51,743 nt of DNA from a virus. Lineage: Duplodnaviria > Caudoviricetes. Where the stretch lies: IMG/VR virus record IMGVR_UViG_3300021197_001176, positions 1 to 51,743 of that record; one strand, given 5' to 3'. How positions within the stretch are numbered: the first letter of the stretch is position 1; the number at the start of each line of letters is the position of its first letter. Below the pieces are notes generated by a model, which saw nothing but the letters and a program-made list of their open reading frames with translations, did not search any database and had not been told where the DNA came from. The position numbers and the translations under genes were made by a program. This document shows positions 9,601 to 19,560 of this stretch, piece after piece.

Positions 9601-12600
9601 AAATATATTACAAAGGGCTATAGTGCATCTACAGGCAAAGTATCAATTTTAGATGTTTCTAATGACTATAAACATCTTTGGCTTCTTTGGTCTGATATGA
9701 GAAATAACGGTAGAGCAGATGCAGACGGGTCTACAAGAAAAACAGATTTTGGTTTACAATACCCAACAACAGATAACTATGAAGTTTCTCTTTATTATGT
9801 AGACCAAACAGATACAGACGGAAATATAGATAAGTTTGCTAACTTAAAAATAGGAGAAGATATAGATATATGGAATGTGGATGCTACAAACGAACCTGTT
9901 AGTGGGGCTGCATTTTCTAAGACACCCGATTATTCTTTAGGAGAGGCCGTATCTAGTTTTGTTTATGGGTCAAATCAATTAGTAATAGAGGGCCTTACAG
10001 AATCAAGATACACAGTAGGCTCTTATGCTACTGTATATAATAGTCTACATTATGATGGTACATATCAAATAGCGTCTATTAATGGCTCTACTAGCATTAC
10101 CTTACAGGGTGTTAGCGCAGGTACAAATACTAATGCAGTCGTAGGTAGTATAATGGTTGCACCCGCAGCAGCCTCGGAAATAGATTTAAGCCTATACCGA
10201 GATTGGGAAGATAAAGCAGGTGCATTTATAGTTATAGATTCGGCTAGGTTTTTCAATCTAAACACCTTAGCAAACAAAGGTGCATCAGACCAAGTGACAG
10301 GAAGAAATACTGACTTAGGGGATTATGTAGCAACGGTTGAGGGATTCCCTGCACTAATAGATAATTATTATGCGGAAGCAATATCTTCATATAAAAATAC
10401 AGCCACACCTATTTCTCCACATCCTAATAATCAAAGGTTAATATCGGATTTGACAACAGCAGACGAAGGTTTGATAATGGGTGATATGGGAATACCTGTT
10501 GAATCTACGGCTAATTTTAATTATACAGGCGCAGGTCTTATAGTAGTAGATATTGCCGATAGTGATGACACGGTAGAGTATTATTTTGCTTGGAAATATA
10601 AATTAGATACAGCAATAACAGGTACAGGTATAACAATAACATCTTACAATAGAAGTCAAAACATCACTACTACAAATCCTACTAACACAGTAATAACAAA
10701 AATAGGAGAAACCTTTCAAACAAAAGGTGTTAAAGGTGGTATGGTTATTAAAAATACGACAAAAGAAACTAGGCATAATGTATTAGCAGTTTTAAGTGAA
10801 ACTCAAATAGTAGTTTCCGGTACATGGTCTGCTACTCAAAGTGATACTGATGATTATACTTTGCCTGTACAATTGGCTAATGCGTTTTTAACAACTGCCG
10901 ACCATATTACTTCTTCAATAGAAACTTCTTCAACAGGTGTAGAAAATGAAATATGGGCTTTATACACACCACTACTAAAAGGTAATATGGAAGGTATAGG
11001 TGTAAATGTTAGCCAAATAATAACGGGGGATAACCCACAGGCTGATTTGGTTGTTGTACACAACACAGTAAGCAGTCAATTTATGCTTAGATTATTAATG
11101 CACGTTGAAGGAGATGTACAAAGTAAAAATAGTGGTAGTTTTTATGACAGCGATAAGTTTAGGCTGTTATGGAATGCAGCGATTATGAAATCATGGACAC
11201 CTAAAACAAGATTGGGTACTATGTTTGACATAAATAATGTACCTATCACTTCTCTTATGACTACCTATAACAGTACTTCTAGTAGTGATGGCTACGGAAG
11301 TATCGTAGATAGCCGTACTAAGACGATTCTAAGTACTGTAGAGGATGCTAGGGGTAAGAGTGGCTTCGGTGTAAACAACGGGCTTAAAACAACCTTTTCT
11401 TACTTGATAGGTAGAGACAATAGATTTGAATATAGACCTAAATATAATAGTGGTTTAATTTTTACAAGAGAAAACATGACTATATCTGATTTAGATACGG
11501 ATGTAGCAGGTCAAATAACAAATGTTAGAGTGTATTACAACAAAGGATATTCTTTTGTAGATTTTCCTAACACATCTTTAACAGATACTACTAGATGGAC
11601 AGTATTAGAATACCCAAAAATAACTAACAGTTTAGAGGCAAGACAAGTAGCAAAACAAAAATATAATCAAGTTAAAAACTCTAGGTTGTCAATTAGTGTT
11701 AAGCCTATTTTAGAAAATAATCATAATAATAAAATGATAGAAAGTGGTAGATACGGCTACATAGCCGACCCACAACTAGCCTTACAAGGATATGGTGATT
11801 ATGACGCTACTGATACAAATAGGGGTAATTCTTGGACTATTTTAGGTACAGGCGGAGTACCTTTTTCCGGTATGACTAACGGATTAGATGGAAATATGAA
11901 AACCTCTACTGATTTGTACCACCGACACGGTAAATCATCTTTTACACATACTTCTGCTGATGTGGCTTGGGCTGATAATTATTATTGGTACGGCTCTAGG
12001 TCTTTAAGTTATGCTATGCAGATAGTACATATACCTAATTTTACTCCACATAGAAGTGAGGCTACTAACGAACACCTTAGAGTTTATGTTGCCTTAAAAG
12101 TTAGCCAAGCGGCAGGTGCAACAATTGACGATTGCCAATTTAGTATTTATTGTGCTGATTATACTTTTGAAGATTTAATTACAAAAGATGCAACCGCAAA
12201 TCAAATTACAAGTGTAGATGTAAAAGATAGTGGCTTCTATGAATTACCTATACCTGCACAATATAGCACTCAATCTAACGCTAAAATTATAGTTAGTTTT
12301 AACGCAGAATATTGTCGTGCTTTATTACGTCATAGATGTGGCGACCCAACAGGTGCTAATATTTTAAAGAATGCTAATAGTATATACGGAGTTAATTTAA
12401 GCAGTAGTGGATTTAACACAGATAGTATATTCCCGCTTGGTGGTAGAGAATATTCAGAAATGTATGGTGGCTTTACTACTGCTAGAAGTGAGTGGTACGC
12501 ACCTAGAATACATATTACTAATGATTTATCTTACACCCCTGCTACATATCTAAGTTTTACAGATGCAGGTATAGGTTTATCTTCCGCAGAAACACTAACT

Positions 12601-13572
12601 ATAAAAAGTATTAATTGGAATGTAGTATCGGGTAGCAAAGAAGATATACAACTTGAATTGGAAAGAGACGAGTCTTTATCTAGTGGTGGTATTTTAGGAT
12701 TCTTATTCCCAAATCAAGGAAAGACAAGACAAGTTAGTAGTAGTATGACTCACGATAGTGAACCTATCACAACCCCAACCACAAGTATAATACCCGAAGG
12801 TAGTACTTCTAGTGAACAAGTACAGGTAGATACAAGCACTCCATCCGAGTTTGGTCTTACTCAATCTGACGATGCAAAAGGAGATATGATTACTACTGCG
12901 ACAGGTTCGGTAGGAATAGGAAAACTTAGTAAAGGTGCTTACGGTAAATTAAACGGTAGAATGTCTTTGATGAATGATAATCTTAGTCATAATTCTAAGT
13001 TTAGTATCTTAGGTCAACAAAAACCACCTAAAGTACCTACGTTGTTTAAGGGAATAGAAGGTATGGATGTAGATATACATACTGCTAGTGGGAATGCATC
13101 TATAACTTCTGATGGGTATATACTAGCAGGTAAGGGTAGAGTAGATATACTAAACGAAACTGCTACTACTACTACCTTTGAGTCTACTTTACAAACCGAG
13201 TTTATAATTCCCGATGATGTGGTTAATAATAATGTTTTAATTACGGCAAAAGTAAATCATGGTATAGGTGCATCTACTACTAAAACTGCTGTACTTTATA
13301 CAACCGCAGTTATTGAAGAAACAGGAGAGACAATTACTAATACTATTCGTGTACAAACAAACTCACAAGAAAAAATAGTAGAGTTAATACCATTGAATGC
13401 TTTGGATGGCGTAAAGGCAGGGAATAAAATAACCGTTAAAGTTACTAGAAAGGCAGCAACAGGTGATGATAATTCGGATAGAAATAGTGTTCTACTAAAA
13501 AGTATTAAGGTAAAACTAAATAGAGCATCTGCACCTGTTAGTGGTACATCTAATAAGTTTGAGATTCAGTAA
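6691..13572 (+). CDS. Very large multidomain tail tip/baseplate-hub and adhesin protein
   Basis: 2293 aa directly after tape measure; Ser/Thr/Gly/Asn-rich beta composition; hub-like segments (VWRGIIDKM, ITNVRVYY). Confidence 0.7.
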   Translation: MVRHVTAMYNIWLAGYYDDFMGARAISDDFNTPSNTYSTGVYESTLTHFGNPMNGEATLNQRYRFSIADRNLIGSTHVDNVDSANQYLKNKGAFEWLSYDNTRQNAEKWEGRAQLQYPDGHIANRYAFNNVEIAGSNATDWLLFTNGNDTEGRYLVPTGDNDATFGRSNMKSYINTIGAANYANKIAGKIDATGDFIQRAHLAGVWMGETLSFNALTTTPVNLFAPVSSPSGQPFLCVQTWRTAYNDSSSKPQLVYDGPLNSLLDGDIFTARVAVRAFNGTTGGTGVVQHGKVPTNLTFKIGYPASQKGTTSSLGFTGTPAITYVIDLSSASLGYDLLGLQFESTTKKSIFNDDSWLDVDFVLNYSGNSGAGTFDVYINGTLIASNQNMSGSPSAGDLYGYEIEAAPTSANPSSSTTLMVDRVGLVRYLTDAKNYKSYDAPIQNMNISMPVNGVSNCKIVIADDPQKQLDGGGAANLNVGMRSQDYLHNLKNIFSGDTPVDWSLLVFASQTPRIDRPVWRGIIDKMSIKQRNNDGRTITLNANDNLNLLDRQIPLWEVGQKSLSNNTETPQYWLYDAQGYRQIMNLGTLPLKTLSNKVGFDVDDSYLEVNNQRTQLGSGHPIQMYNNEDTVFGPNDLEAQYEGVFSQGFSQDTNGKTVINLLVGHGITQGSTAVIRGSNNAATNGSYTVDSVTSLSATFSASDVPYVTPAAKIVYAGKYLGETNASSILLRLQQPGTSQFFSHYIGWRRAENGYNALPNSDSDEAISEYVTFFFDADPALLINDEFCVSDVTVGLSAETSYDGKHTVTGVKKIMNYYDTGTITNPFLWAVTTSTDYNGIEFGNYTQKTGLKDDDDRKSISLDSCTIATTAGNFDKVKYKPIHARWMRDLPKSLWFQYHFGKINRTALFKVSVSANVSTGDNKVQIPQSLYNNLTTNHKSGIAQLSNSLGSTIFVYTGLVSSGGNYYLVGCKYITKGYSASTGKVSILDVSNDYKHLWLLWSDMRNNGRADADGSTRKTDFGLQYPTTDNYEVSLYYVDQTDTDGNIDKFANLKIGEDIDIWNVDATNEPVSGAAFSKTPDYSLGEAVSSFVYGSNQLVIEGLTESRYTVGSYATVYNSLHYDGTYQIASINGSTSITLQGVSAGTNTNAVVGSIMVAPAAASEIDLSLYRDWEDKAGAFIVIDSARFFNLNTLANKGASDQVTGRNTDLGDYVATVEGFPALIDNYYAEAISSYKNTATPISPHPNNQRLISDLTTADEGLIMGDMGIPVESTANFNYTGAGLIVVDIADSDDTVEYYFAWKYKLDTAITGTGITITSYNRSQNITTTNPTNTVITKIGETFQTKGVKGGMVIKNTTKETRHNVLAVLSETQIVVSGTWSATQSDTDDYTLPVQLANAFLTTADHITSSIETSSTGVENEIWALYTPLLKGNMEGIGVNVSQIITGDNPQADLVVVHNTVSSQFMLRLLMHVEGDVQSKNSGSFYDSDKFRLLWNAAIMKSWTPKTRLGTMFDINNVPITSLMTTYNSTSSSDGYGSIVDSRTKTILSTVEDARGKSGFGVNNGLKTTFSYLIGRDNRFEYRPKYNSGLIFTRENMTISDLDTDVAGQITNVRVYYNKGYSFVDFPNTSLTDTTRWTVLEYPKITNSLEARQVAKQKYNQVKNSRLSISVKPILENNHNNKMIESGRYGYIADPQLALQGYGDYDATDTNRGNSWTILGTGGVPFSGMTNGLDGNMKTSTDLYHRHGKSSFTHTSADVAWADNYYWYGSRSLSYAMQIVHIPNFTPHRSEATNEHLRVYVALKVSQAAGATIDDCQFSIYCADYTFEDLITKDATANQITSVDVKDSGFYELPIPAQYSTQSNAKIIVSFNAEYCRALLRHRCGDPTGANILKNANSIYGVNLSSSGFNTDSIFPLGGREYSEMYGGFTTARSEWYAPRIHITNDLSYTPATYLSFTDAGIGLSSAETLTIKSINWNVVSGSKEDIQLELERDESLSSGGILGFLFPNQGKTRQVSSSMTHDSEPITTPTTSIIPEGSTSSEQVQVDTSTPSEFGLTQSDDAKGDMITTATGSVGIGKLSKGAYGKLNGRMSLMNDNLSHNSKFSILGQQKPPKVPTLFKGIEGMDVDIHTASGNASITSDGYILAGKGRVDILNETATTTTFESTLQTEFIIPDDVVNNNVLITAKVNHGIGASTTKTAVLYTTAVIEETGETITNTIRVQTNSQEKIVELIPLNALDGVKAGNKITVKVTRKAATGDDNSDRNSVLLKSIKVKLNRASAPVSGTSNKFEIQ

Positions 13573-14270
13573 TTATCTCTAAGTTTTAGTACAGTTTGTG
13601 CTTTGTATCTACCTATACCTCTAACTTCCATCAAAGATTTCTGCGTATTTTTACTCATAAGTAATTTAGGAATACTACCAAACTCTTTTAGTAAATCTTC
13701 TGCGTTTTGTACGGAGATATTTTTAAGGGAACATAAAACTGCTACTCTTGGGTCCAAATTACTCATATCAGCAGCATTTCTTATTTCTTTTTCCATAACA
13801 TTAAGACCCGTAGCCTCTTTTACTTGTGTTTGTGTATGATTTATTACCAACCATTCAACAAAATCATCCATAGTAGTCAATTCCATGTATTTGATTTTAG
13901 GAAATCTTTGATAAAATGTCATTTTGAATTGTTGATTTACCTTTTTCATCCTAGACATTTCTATGGCTATCTGTTTTGCTGACGGCCTAGCACCATGAAC
14001 GTATGGTTTTAGTTTAGTACCGTAGACTACTAACATAGGGTTATCAAAATCTTCTTGTAATTCTCTTAATTGATGTACTATTGTTCTACCATTTCTACCT
14101 AGACCTAAGATACTACGGTACAAATCATTTATTTCTTTTGCCTCAATTCCCCATGAACCTATTCTATAATCGGAAGAAGCCATGCGTAAAACTTGGGTAT
14201 TTTCTTCACCCAATCTCATTAACAACTTATTAATTACTTTTTGGTTTTCTCGGTCATCTATTAGAAGCAC
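13566..14270 (-). CDS. ERCC4/XPF-family structure-specific nuclease with C-terminal HhH pair
   Basis: LIDDRE, SDY.IG, IEAKEINDL (variant of ERK..D), HhH motif VRGIGRYKA. Confidence 0.85.
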   Translation of the reverse strand: MLLIDDRENQKVINKLLMRLGEENTQVLRMASSDYRIGSWGIEAKEINDLYRSILGLGRNGRTIVHQLRELQEDFDNPMLVVYGTKLKPYVHGARPSAKQIAIEMSRMKKVNQQFKMTFYQRFPKIKYMELTTMDDFVEWLVINHTQTQVKEATGLNVMEKEIRNAADMSNLDPRVAVLCSLKNISVQNAEDLLKEFGSIPKLLMSKNTQKSLMEVRGIGRYKAQTVLKLRDNY

Positions 14271-14295
14271 AATTGGTACAGTATTATTACTCTAT

Positions 14296-14442
14296 TTAAG
14301 AGGATTGTTTTTCCATACTACAATTCATACATACAGGCGGCATATTTTTAGGGTAAAGGAAACCTAGTCTGCTTTTACAGAAATTACATTCTTCATTTAC
14401 TACTTCAAAAAATACTCTTGAGTGTTTGGGTGTTCGCATCAT
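14296..14442 (-). CDS. Small zinc-finger protein
   Basis: CNFC...CMNC; likely start at MMRTPK just after the primase stop. Confidence 0.5.
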   Translation of the reverse strand: MMRTPKHSRVFFEVVNEECNFCKSRLGFLYPKNMPPVCMNCSMEKQSS

Positions 14443-14443
14443 A

Positions 14444-15457
14444 TTATTTTCTCCTTGTACCGTCATCTCTCCAACAAGATGCTTCGCATAATCCTCTTGT
14501 CTGTAGCCACGAACATGAGGGTGTTCTCTCATAGTTAAGTAAACTTCTAACGTGCTTTCTACTTGTGTACTCGTTGAAGTCTCTCCAACCTAATGTGGAT
14601 ATAAAATCTATAATTTCTTCGGTAATATCACTTTTTTGTTTTACCGTTAATGTACTAGGGTGTGCAAACCACCTAAGATTCTCATACAAATGTTGAGCCA
14701 ACGCTATTCTTACCTCATGTCTAGGATTCTCATGCCTCATAGCATTGTCTATACATGGTGGTATTGGTATTTGACTAGCAGAAGTTATATTTCCGTCAAA
14801 ACTACCCGTAATAGGTAGGTATTCTACCTGTAAAGGATTATTAGCAATCCATTTTATGATACTAAAGTTTGATTGTTTTTCTTTTCCCTTAAAAGGGTCA
14901 TTGATTCTAAGAGAGGGGTTAGGTCTTTCGGGTATCTTGTAACCCAAAGGGTCTGCTTTGAACGCATCTAAGTCCACATTAACAGCCCACTTCTTTCTAG
15001 TAGTATTGTATGTGTCGGGTATGCGTGTAAGTTTAAGGGGATGACCTACGCCATCTAGTGTTTTTAGTCCCTTAGCGACCTCTCTCTCGTACCTATCAAC
15101 GTGCTTGGCTATGGTAGTACCAATGACATTTTTATCGAACATCTGATGGATATGAAATCCTCTACCTGTAAAGACTAATCTTACATCTCCCTTAAGTCTA
15201 TTTAGTAAAACTGCTACATCTCTTTTTACATCATCGAGAGTACCACCTTCTACAATATCAAAATCCCACCATGCTCTATCCATGATAACCGTTTCGGGGT
15301 CTACTTTCCAAGACATATTAGGGTGTATTTGTTGAAAACTATACAAAGACGTATAACAAGAAGATTTACCATTAATACTTTTAACGTAAATATCATATTC
15401 TTCTTGAGATTTACAAATCTTACGTCTAAGACCAATCTCTCTAGGAAAATTAAGCAT
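14444..15457 (-). CDS. Archaeo-eukaryotic primase, PriS catalytic domain fused to a PriL/PriX-like C-terminal domain
   Basis: WDFD, FTGRGFHI and RIPDT catalytic motifs; C-terminal PPCI...PSC..LQ..GLC...C; start reassigned to MLNFPRE after GAGTGA. Confidence 0.85.
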   Translation of the reverse strand: MLNFPREIGLRRKICKSQEEYDIYVKSINGKSSCYTSLYSFQQIHPNMSWKVDPETVIMDRAWWDFDIVEGGTLDDVKRDVAVLLNRLKGDVRLVFTGRGFHIHQMFDKNVIGTTIAKHVDRYEREVAKGLKTLDGVGHPLKLTRIPDTYNTTRKKWAVNVDLDAFKADPLGYKIPERPNPSLRINDPFKGKEKQSNFSIIKWIANNPLQVEYLPITGSFDGNITSASQIPIPPCIDNAMRHENPRHEVRIALAQHLYENLRWFAHPSTLTVKQKSDITEEIIDFISTLGWRDFNEYTSRKHVRSLLNYERTPSCSWLQTRGLCEASCWRDDGTRRK

Positions 15458-15461
15458 AAAA

Positions 15462-15617
15462 TCACTCTTCTTTCTTTTGTTTATTACCACATTTACAAGT
15501 AATTACGGTAATTTCTTCGGGGTCTGCCCCTTCTTCACCTGTTACTCTCCACATAATGTCTTGGTCTACCCAAGATTCACTAGCCCCGCAAGCCGCACAT
15601 ACATTAATTCTACTCAT
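15462..15617 (-). CDS. Zinc-ribbon micro-protein (51 aa), absent from ORF track
   Basis: MSRINVCAACG...TCKCG; overlaps upstream stop and fills the gap. Confidence 0.6.
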   Translation of the reverse strand: MSRINVCAACGASESWVDQDIMWRVTGEEGADPEEITVITCKCGNKQKKEE

Positions 15618-16476
15618 TCCATTCACCTAATCCGTTATCAACGTACCCTGTCATTTCTGACTCACAATTCATGTTAAACTCACACCACAAAGGGCAAAAA
15701 TAATCATTCCAATTCATAGGGTACTGTTGGATTACTAGCGACTCGATAGTGCTACTTAATGATTCCGAGAAAGCATTTATACTTCGCTTGTTTATCTTCT
15801 CAAGAATAGCGATTCCACGTTCCGCACCCAACCACAAACTTTTACCTCTTTTGTTTCCTTCTAACAATAATTTATCATTACCATCTTCGGGTATTTCATA
15901 ATCGGGAGAGATATACATAAAATGTGTTATGGGTTCATCGTACCCTAGTTTACTTAAAAGCCTAGAATAGTAGACTAATTCCTTTCTAGTCCTACCTAGT
16001 TTACCCATATTCATTTTACCTGTTTTCAATTCCATGAGAATTAAACCACCATCGGGGTGTCTAATAACACCGTCAATCATACCAACCCAAATAATATTGT
16101 AGCCGTTGTATTCTTCTGCTACTTGGTGCTTAATTTCCGCTTCTACTATGTCAAAGCCGCCCATGTCATGTGCTATCTGATGTAATAACATATTGAGGCT
16201 ATCTACCCCTACGTCATCATCCACTCCTTCTTCTATGGCTGCACTCATTATTTTATCCGAGCCTTCTAGTAGACCTATCTCCATCACTTTGTGTATTTTA
16301 CCACCACGAATGGCGGCCTCGCTAGGTGGTGGACTAGGTATATCTGCTATATATCGCCAATAAAATTGTCTAGGACACATCATGTATGTCATCAAAGATG
16401 ATTTACTTATCCTCAACCATTTCTTTTCTCTAGGTCTATATGAAGAGTCGCTAGTCTGCTCTTGTGTTGCTTTCAT
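15610..16476 (-). CDS. Cas4/RecB-like PD-(D/E)XK exonuclease
   Basis: CPRQFYW, G..IH, GMIDG...ELKTG, C-terminal C...C.....C Fe-S staple pattern. Confidence 0.85.
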   Translation of the reverse strand: MKATQEQTSDSSYRPREKKWLRISKSSLMTYMMCPRQFYWRYIADIPSPPPSEAAIRGGKIHKVMEIGLLEGSDKIMSAAIEEGVDDDVGVDSLNMLLHQIAHDMGGFDIVEAEIKHQVAEEYNGYNIIWVGMIDGVIRHPDGGLILMELKTGKMNMGKLGRTRKELVYYSRLLSKLGYDEPITHFMYISPDYEIPEDGNDKLLLEGNKRGKSLWLGAERGIAILEKINKRSINAFSESLSSTIESLVIQQYPMNWNDYFCPLWCEFNMNCESEMTGYVDNGLGEWNE

Positions 16477-16480
16477 ATAA

Positions 16481-16789
16481 TCACTCTTCTTCTACCTTAG
16501 CGTTATCCCAATCATCAACAGTAGTCTGTGAAGTGTCATTGATTAAATCACCACCACACATAGGGCAGGTATTTTCTACAGGTAATTTAGACAATAACGG
16601 CCTCATCACTTCTTCACTACATTCTGAACAGGACAAAGTATCTGTTTTACCTAAATCTTCTAGTAATGCAAAAAACATTGTTTGTAGTTTTGCATAATCA
16701 AAACTCACTTGTTCAAAGGCATTTACTACACCTTTAGTCAATTGTTCTTGTTTCTGTTGTAATTCTCTTATATCGCTTGCGTTAGACAT
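16481..16789 (-). CDS. Coiled-coil plus zinc-ribbon protein
   Basis: CSEC...CPMC; own TATA-like motif and GGAGA RBS. Confidence 0.6.
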   Translation of the reverse strand: MSNASDIRELQQKQEQLTKGVVNAFEQVSFDYAKLQTMFFALLEDLGKTDTLSCSECSEEVMRPLLSKLPVENTCPMCGGDLINDTSQTTVDDWDNAKVEEE

Positions 16790-16825
16790 TATTTATCTCT
16801 CCTTTTCCTACGGTTATATACTTAT

Positions 16826-19066
16826 CTATAACCACTTCATCCCACTCATACCCTCTAAAGAGTTATGTATAGGTTGAATATCCCATTGGGCTAAATTGTA
16901 ATAAGGCTCTATTTTATTTAAGATAAATCTTTGTGCAAGAATCTTATTACCTATTTTTGTTACACCCTCTATATCAGACGGGTCATCAAATGCTATATAT
17001 TTACCATTTTCATTTATGGTAACTTTAAAAAATGAACCTTTTCTATATCCTTTACCTAGAAACTCATTAGCCCAAGCCGCACCTGCGGAAGAACCCGATA
17101 ATACCTTATAATCATCTAGGTTTCTCTCTAGTTTACCCTTCATACATAGGTCGGAAGGGTCTACTTTTCCCTTAACTACATCATCAACAAGAGAAGATAT
17201 ACTTTGTGTAATTTGTTTTTGGTCTGTACCATCCAATATACCATCAATAACTGTATTCATACACAATTTCATTACACTAGGCATCCTTGATTGCTTTAAT
17301 TCTATTCCCTTAACATAAGTTTTGGGGTCGTGATAAGAACCGTCAGTCCAACTTACTTTTCCGGCATATCTATTCTTAGCCATAATCAACATACTAGGAC
17401 ACCACTTCTCAAACTCGGTTTCTATTGGAGACATTTCTTCATTGAATATTTTTAGTGCCTTCATACCCTCTTCGGGGTTAGGTATATTACAGAATATAGA
17501 ATCAGTATGTCCATAGTAAACTTTGAAGCCTACGTTTTCAGCGTGATACATTAATTCCTCAAGAGTATTCCTTGATGTATATGTGATAGCAGATGCTACT
17601 TCGGGGTGATAAAAGCCGTACTTAGAATCACCCGCTACACCATACATAGATGCTACTAATGACTTACAAGCAAATTGCATAATATCCCATTTGTTTTTCT
17701 GTTCTACAGTATCACTCATAAGCATTTTAAGTTTGTTTTCGTTCCTTAGATAAGTCATATCATCCATTAATCTACAAAGTAATCCCTTTTCTTTTACGTT
17801 AAACTTACTACCATTACCACAATCCTCACCTTCGGGGTCTAACGTGTCCCATGATATACCATACTTGTGTACGTTGCTGTGGTACATAGCCTTTATGTCT
17901 AAGATACCTACGTTTTCATACACACCTGTTTCCGGCTCTAATACATTAGCCCCGTCATAAGGTGTATAAGGAAACTGTGGTTGTGTAGGTATTCTCTTAT
18001 CAAACTTCTCATCCTTTAATGCTAGACTTGTAAACATCTTGGTAATAAACGGTGTGGAACGTAAATCGCATTGTACAACGTGTTGTAAAGCAGTATAGTA
18101 ATCTAAAGCATTTACTTTTGAGTCAAGTCTAGGTAGTAATCTTACGTCTTGTCTACAATAATGTACATACAAAGGTAAGTCTGAATAGTAAGTGTCATGT
18201 CCATCGGGCAAGTCTACTTTCTTTTCCCCTAAAACCTCACTAGCAACATCATCCAATTTGTAAGAAGGTAATTTACCGTTTTTCAATTCCCATATTTTAG
18301 AGAATGCTATCATCAAATCTATACAGTTTCTACCTACTATTGGTTGTTCCCAATCACCAAACTTATATCTAATTCTTCTCATAGGAGATAGCGTGGCGGG
18401 ATTAAGACCGCAAGCCCTGCTTCTCTCTACTATCGTTCTAATATCAGCCCCAACGACATACCACCCTGTGATAATATCGGGGTCTTGCTTCTTCATGTGT
18501 CGCAAGAAATGAATAAGCATATCCCTTTCACTACCAAATCCGAGTGCAGGGGTAGGGTATTCGTAATCACCGTATGTATCGAACCTTTTAGGCTCGCCAT
18601 CAGCCAAACCTTCTTCTTTAATAGAAGGGCATACAAACCATACATATTCATTTTCCGTAAAATTATCATAAACTACTATCACCCTCATTTGGCTTGTTGC
18701 GGGCGACCATTCACAATCAAGATACCAAGTCCTATGTTTATAATTTTCAAAAGGTTTGTTATCTTTTTCTTTTAGCCTATCTATAAGTACACGATTAACA
18801 TAAGGTACGTTTGCTTCCCATGTTGTCCCGTAATAAGATAGATTCCTTAACTCCGAGTTATGCGAGACAACAATCTTAGTTAAATCTTCCCCATAAAGAC
18901 CTGTATAACCATCTTCTTTTCTTATACAATCTTCTACATAAGGGGCATTATCAGTCTCAATAAAACAGTACGGATAGTGGCCTTTGATTGACTCGGTTTT
19001 TCTATTTCCTTGTGCATCTCTATACCTTACTAGAACTTCTCTACCCTTGCCTTGCTCTACTATCAT
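16826..19066 (-). CDS. polB: Family B DNA polymerase
   Basis: Exo motifs DCEW, YKLDDVA, YCRQDV; Pol motifs DIKAMYHS, K...ASMYG, YGHTDSIF, KNRYAG, KGIE. Confidence 0.95.
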   Translation of the reverse strand: MIVEQGKGREVLVRYRDAQGNRKTESIKGHYPYCFIETDNAPYVEDCIRKEDGYTGLYGEDLTKIVVSHNSELRNLSYYGTTWEANVPYVNRVLIDRLKEKDNKPFENYKHRTWYLDCEWSPATSQMRVIVVYDNFTENEYVWFVCPSIKEEGLADGEPKRFDTYGDYEYPTPALGFGSERDMLIHFLRHMKKQDPDIITGWYVVGADIRTIVERSRACGLNPATLSPMRRIRYKFGDWEQPIVGRNCIDLMIAFSKIWELKNGKLPSYKLDDVASEVLGEKKVDLPDGHDTYYSDLPLYVHYCRQDVRLLPRLDSKVNALDYYTALQHVVQCDLRSTPFITKMFTSLALKDEKFDKRIPTQPQFPYTPYDGANVLEPETGVYENVGILDIKAMYHSNVHKYGISWDTLDPEGEDCGNGSKFNVKEKGLLCRLMDDMTYLRNENKLKMLMSDTVEQKNKWDIMQFACKSLVASMYGVAGDSKYGFYHPEVASAITYTSRNTLEELMYHAENVGFKVYYGHTDSIFCNIPNPEEGMKALKIFNEEMSPIETEFEKWCPSMLIMAKNRYAGKVSWTDGSYHDPKTYVKGIELKQSRMPSVMKLCMNTVIDGILDGTDQKQITQSISSLVDDVVKGKVDPSDLCMKGKLERNLDDYKVLSGSSAGAAWANEFLGKGYRKGSFFKVTINENGKYIAFDDPSDIEGVTKIGNKILAQRFILNKIEPYYNLAQWDIQPIHNSLEGMSGMKWL

Positions 19067-19226
19067 AACTATTCCACCTAATCTTACGGTTATAATCTTT
19101 TAATTCCATCCAACATTTCTTGTGTAATCTACGAGTACCCCAATCATTGTGTGTAGCCTTCCCATTTTTACGGGATGTACCAATAGGTACTAAGGGTTTA
19201 CCACAATGCTCACAATTACTCATTAC
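19041..19226 (-). CDS. Small zinc-binding protein
   Basis: MSNCEHCGKPL...LHKKCW; start approximate. Confidence 0.5.
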   Translation of the reverse strand, partial: VMSNCEHCGKPLVPIGTSRKNGKATHNDWGTRRLHKKCWMELKDYNRKIRWNSYDSRARQG

Positions 19227-19560
19227 CTCTACCTCTACTTCTTGTAGGTATATCATATTTGTTTAACCATTGATTGATGGCCGCAGGTGTAATACCAAAT
19301 TGGTCTGCTATATCAGCCATACTTCGTTCCATCTCTACATATTGTTTGTTTAGCCATATTTCATCCCTGTAGAGTGGGTCTAACTCCTGTCTAACTTTTA
19401 CCGATGCAACAAAGTTTTCACCGTGTTTACCCGTAAATGTAAATGTTGCTAGTCCACCATTAGAGGGAGTAGGTACTATAAAATCCTTTATCGTATAGAA
19501 AGTAGGGTTATCTACGCTACTGTCTGTTGGTGTCGCTATTACTTCTGTATTCATTATCAT
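19216..19560 (-). CDS. HTH DNA-binding protein
   Basis: C-terminal WL..QY....SMADIADQFGITPAAINQWLNKYDIPTR. Confidence 0.7.
   Translation of the reverse strand: MIMNTEVIATPTDSSVDNPTFYTIKDFIVPTPSNGGLATFTFTGKHGENFVASVKVRQELDPLYRDEIWLNKQYVEMERSMADIADQFGITPAAINQWLNKYDIPTRSRGRGNE

Noticed and set aside
1193-11066. Minus-strand ORFs inside the tail module
   Set aside because: Antisense shadows of long plus-strand genes, with no RBS
16826-19066. Intein or intron in PolB (also considered for the helicase and terminase)
   Set aside because: Lengths are compact, motifs are contiguous and no splice-junction motifs were seen
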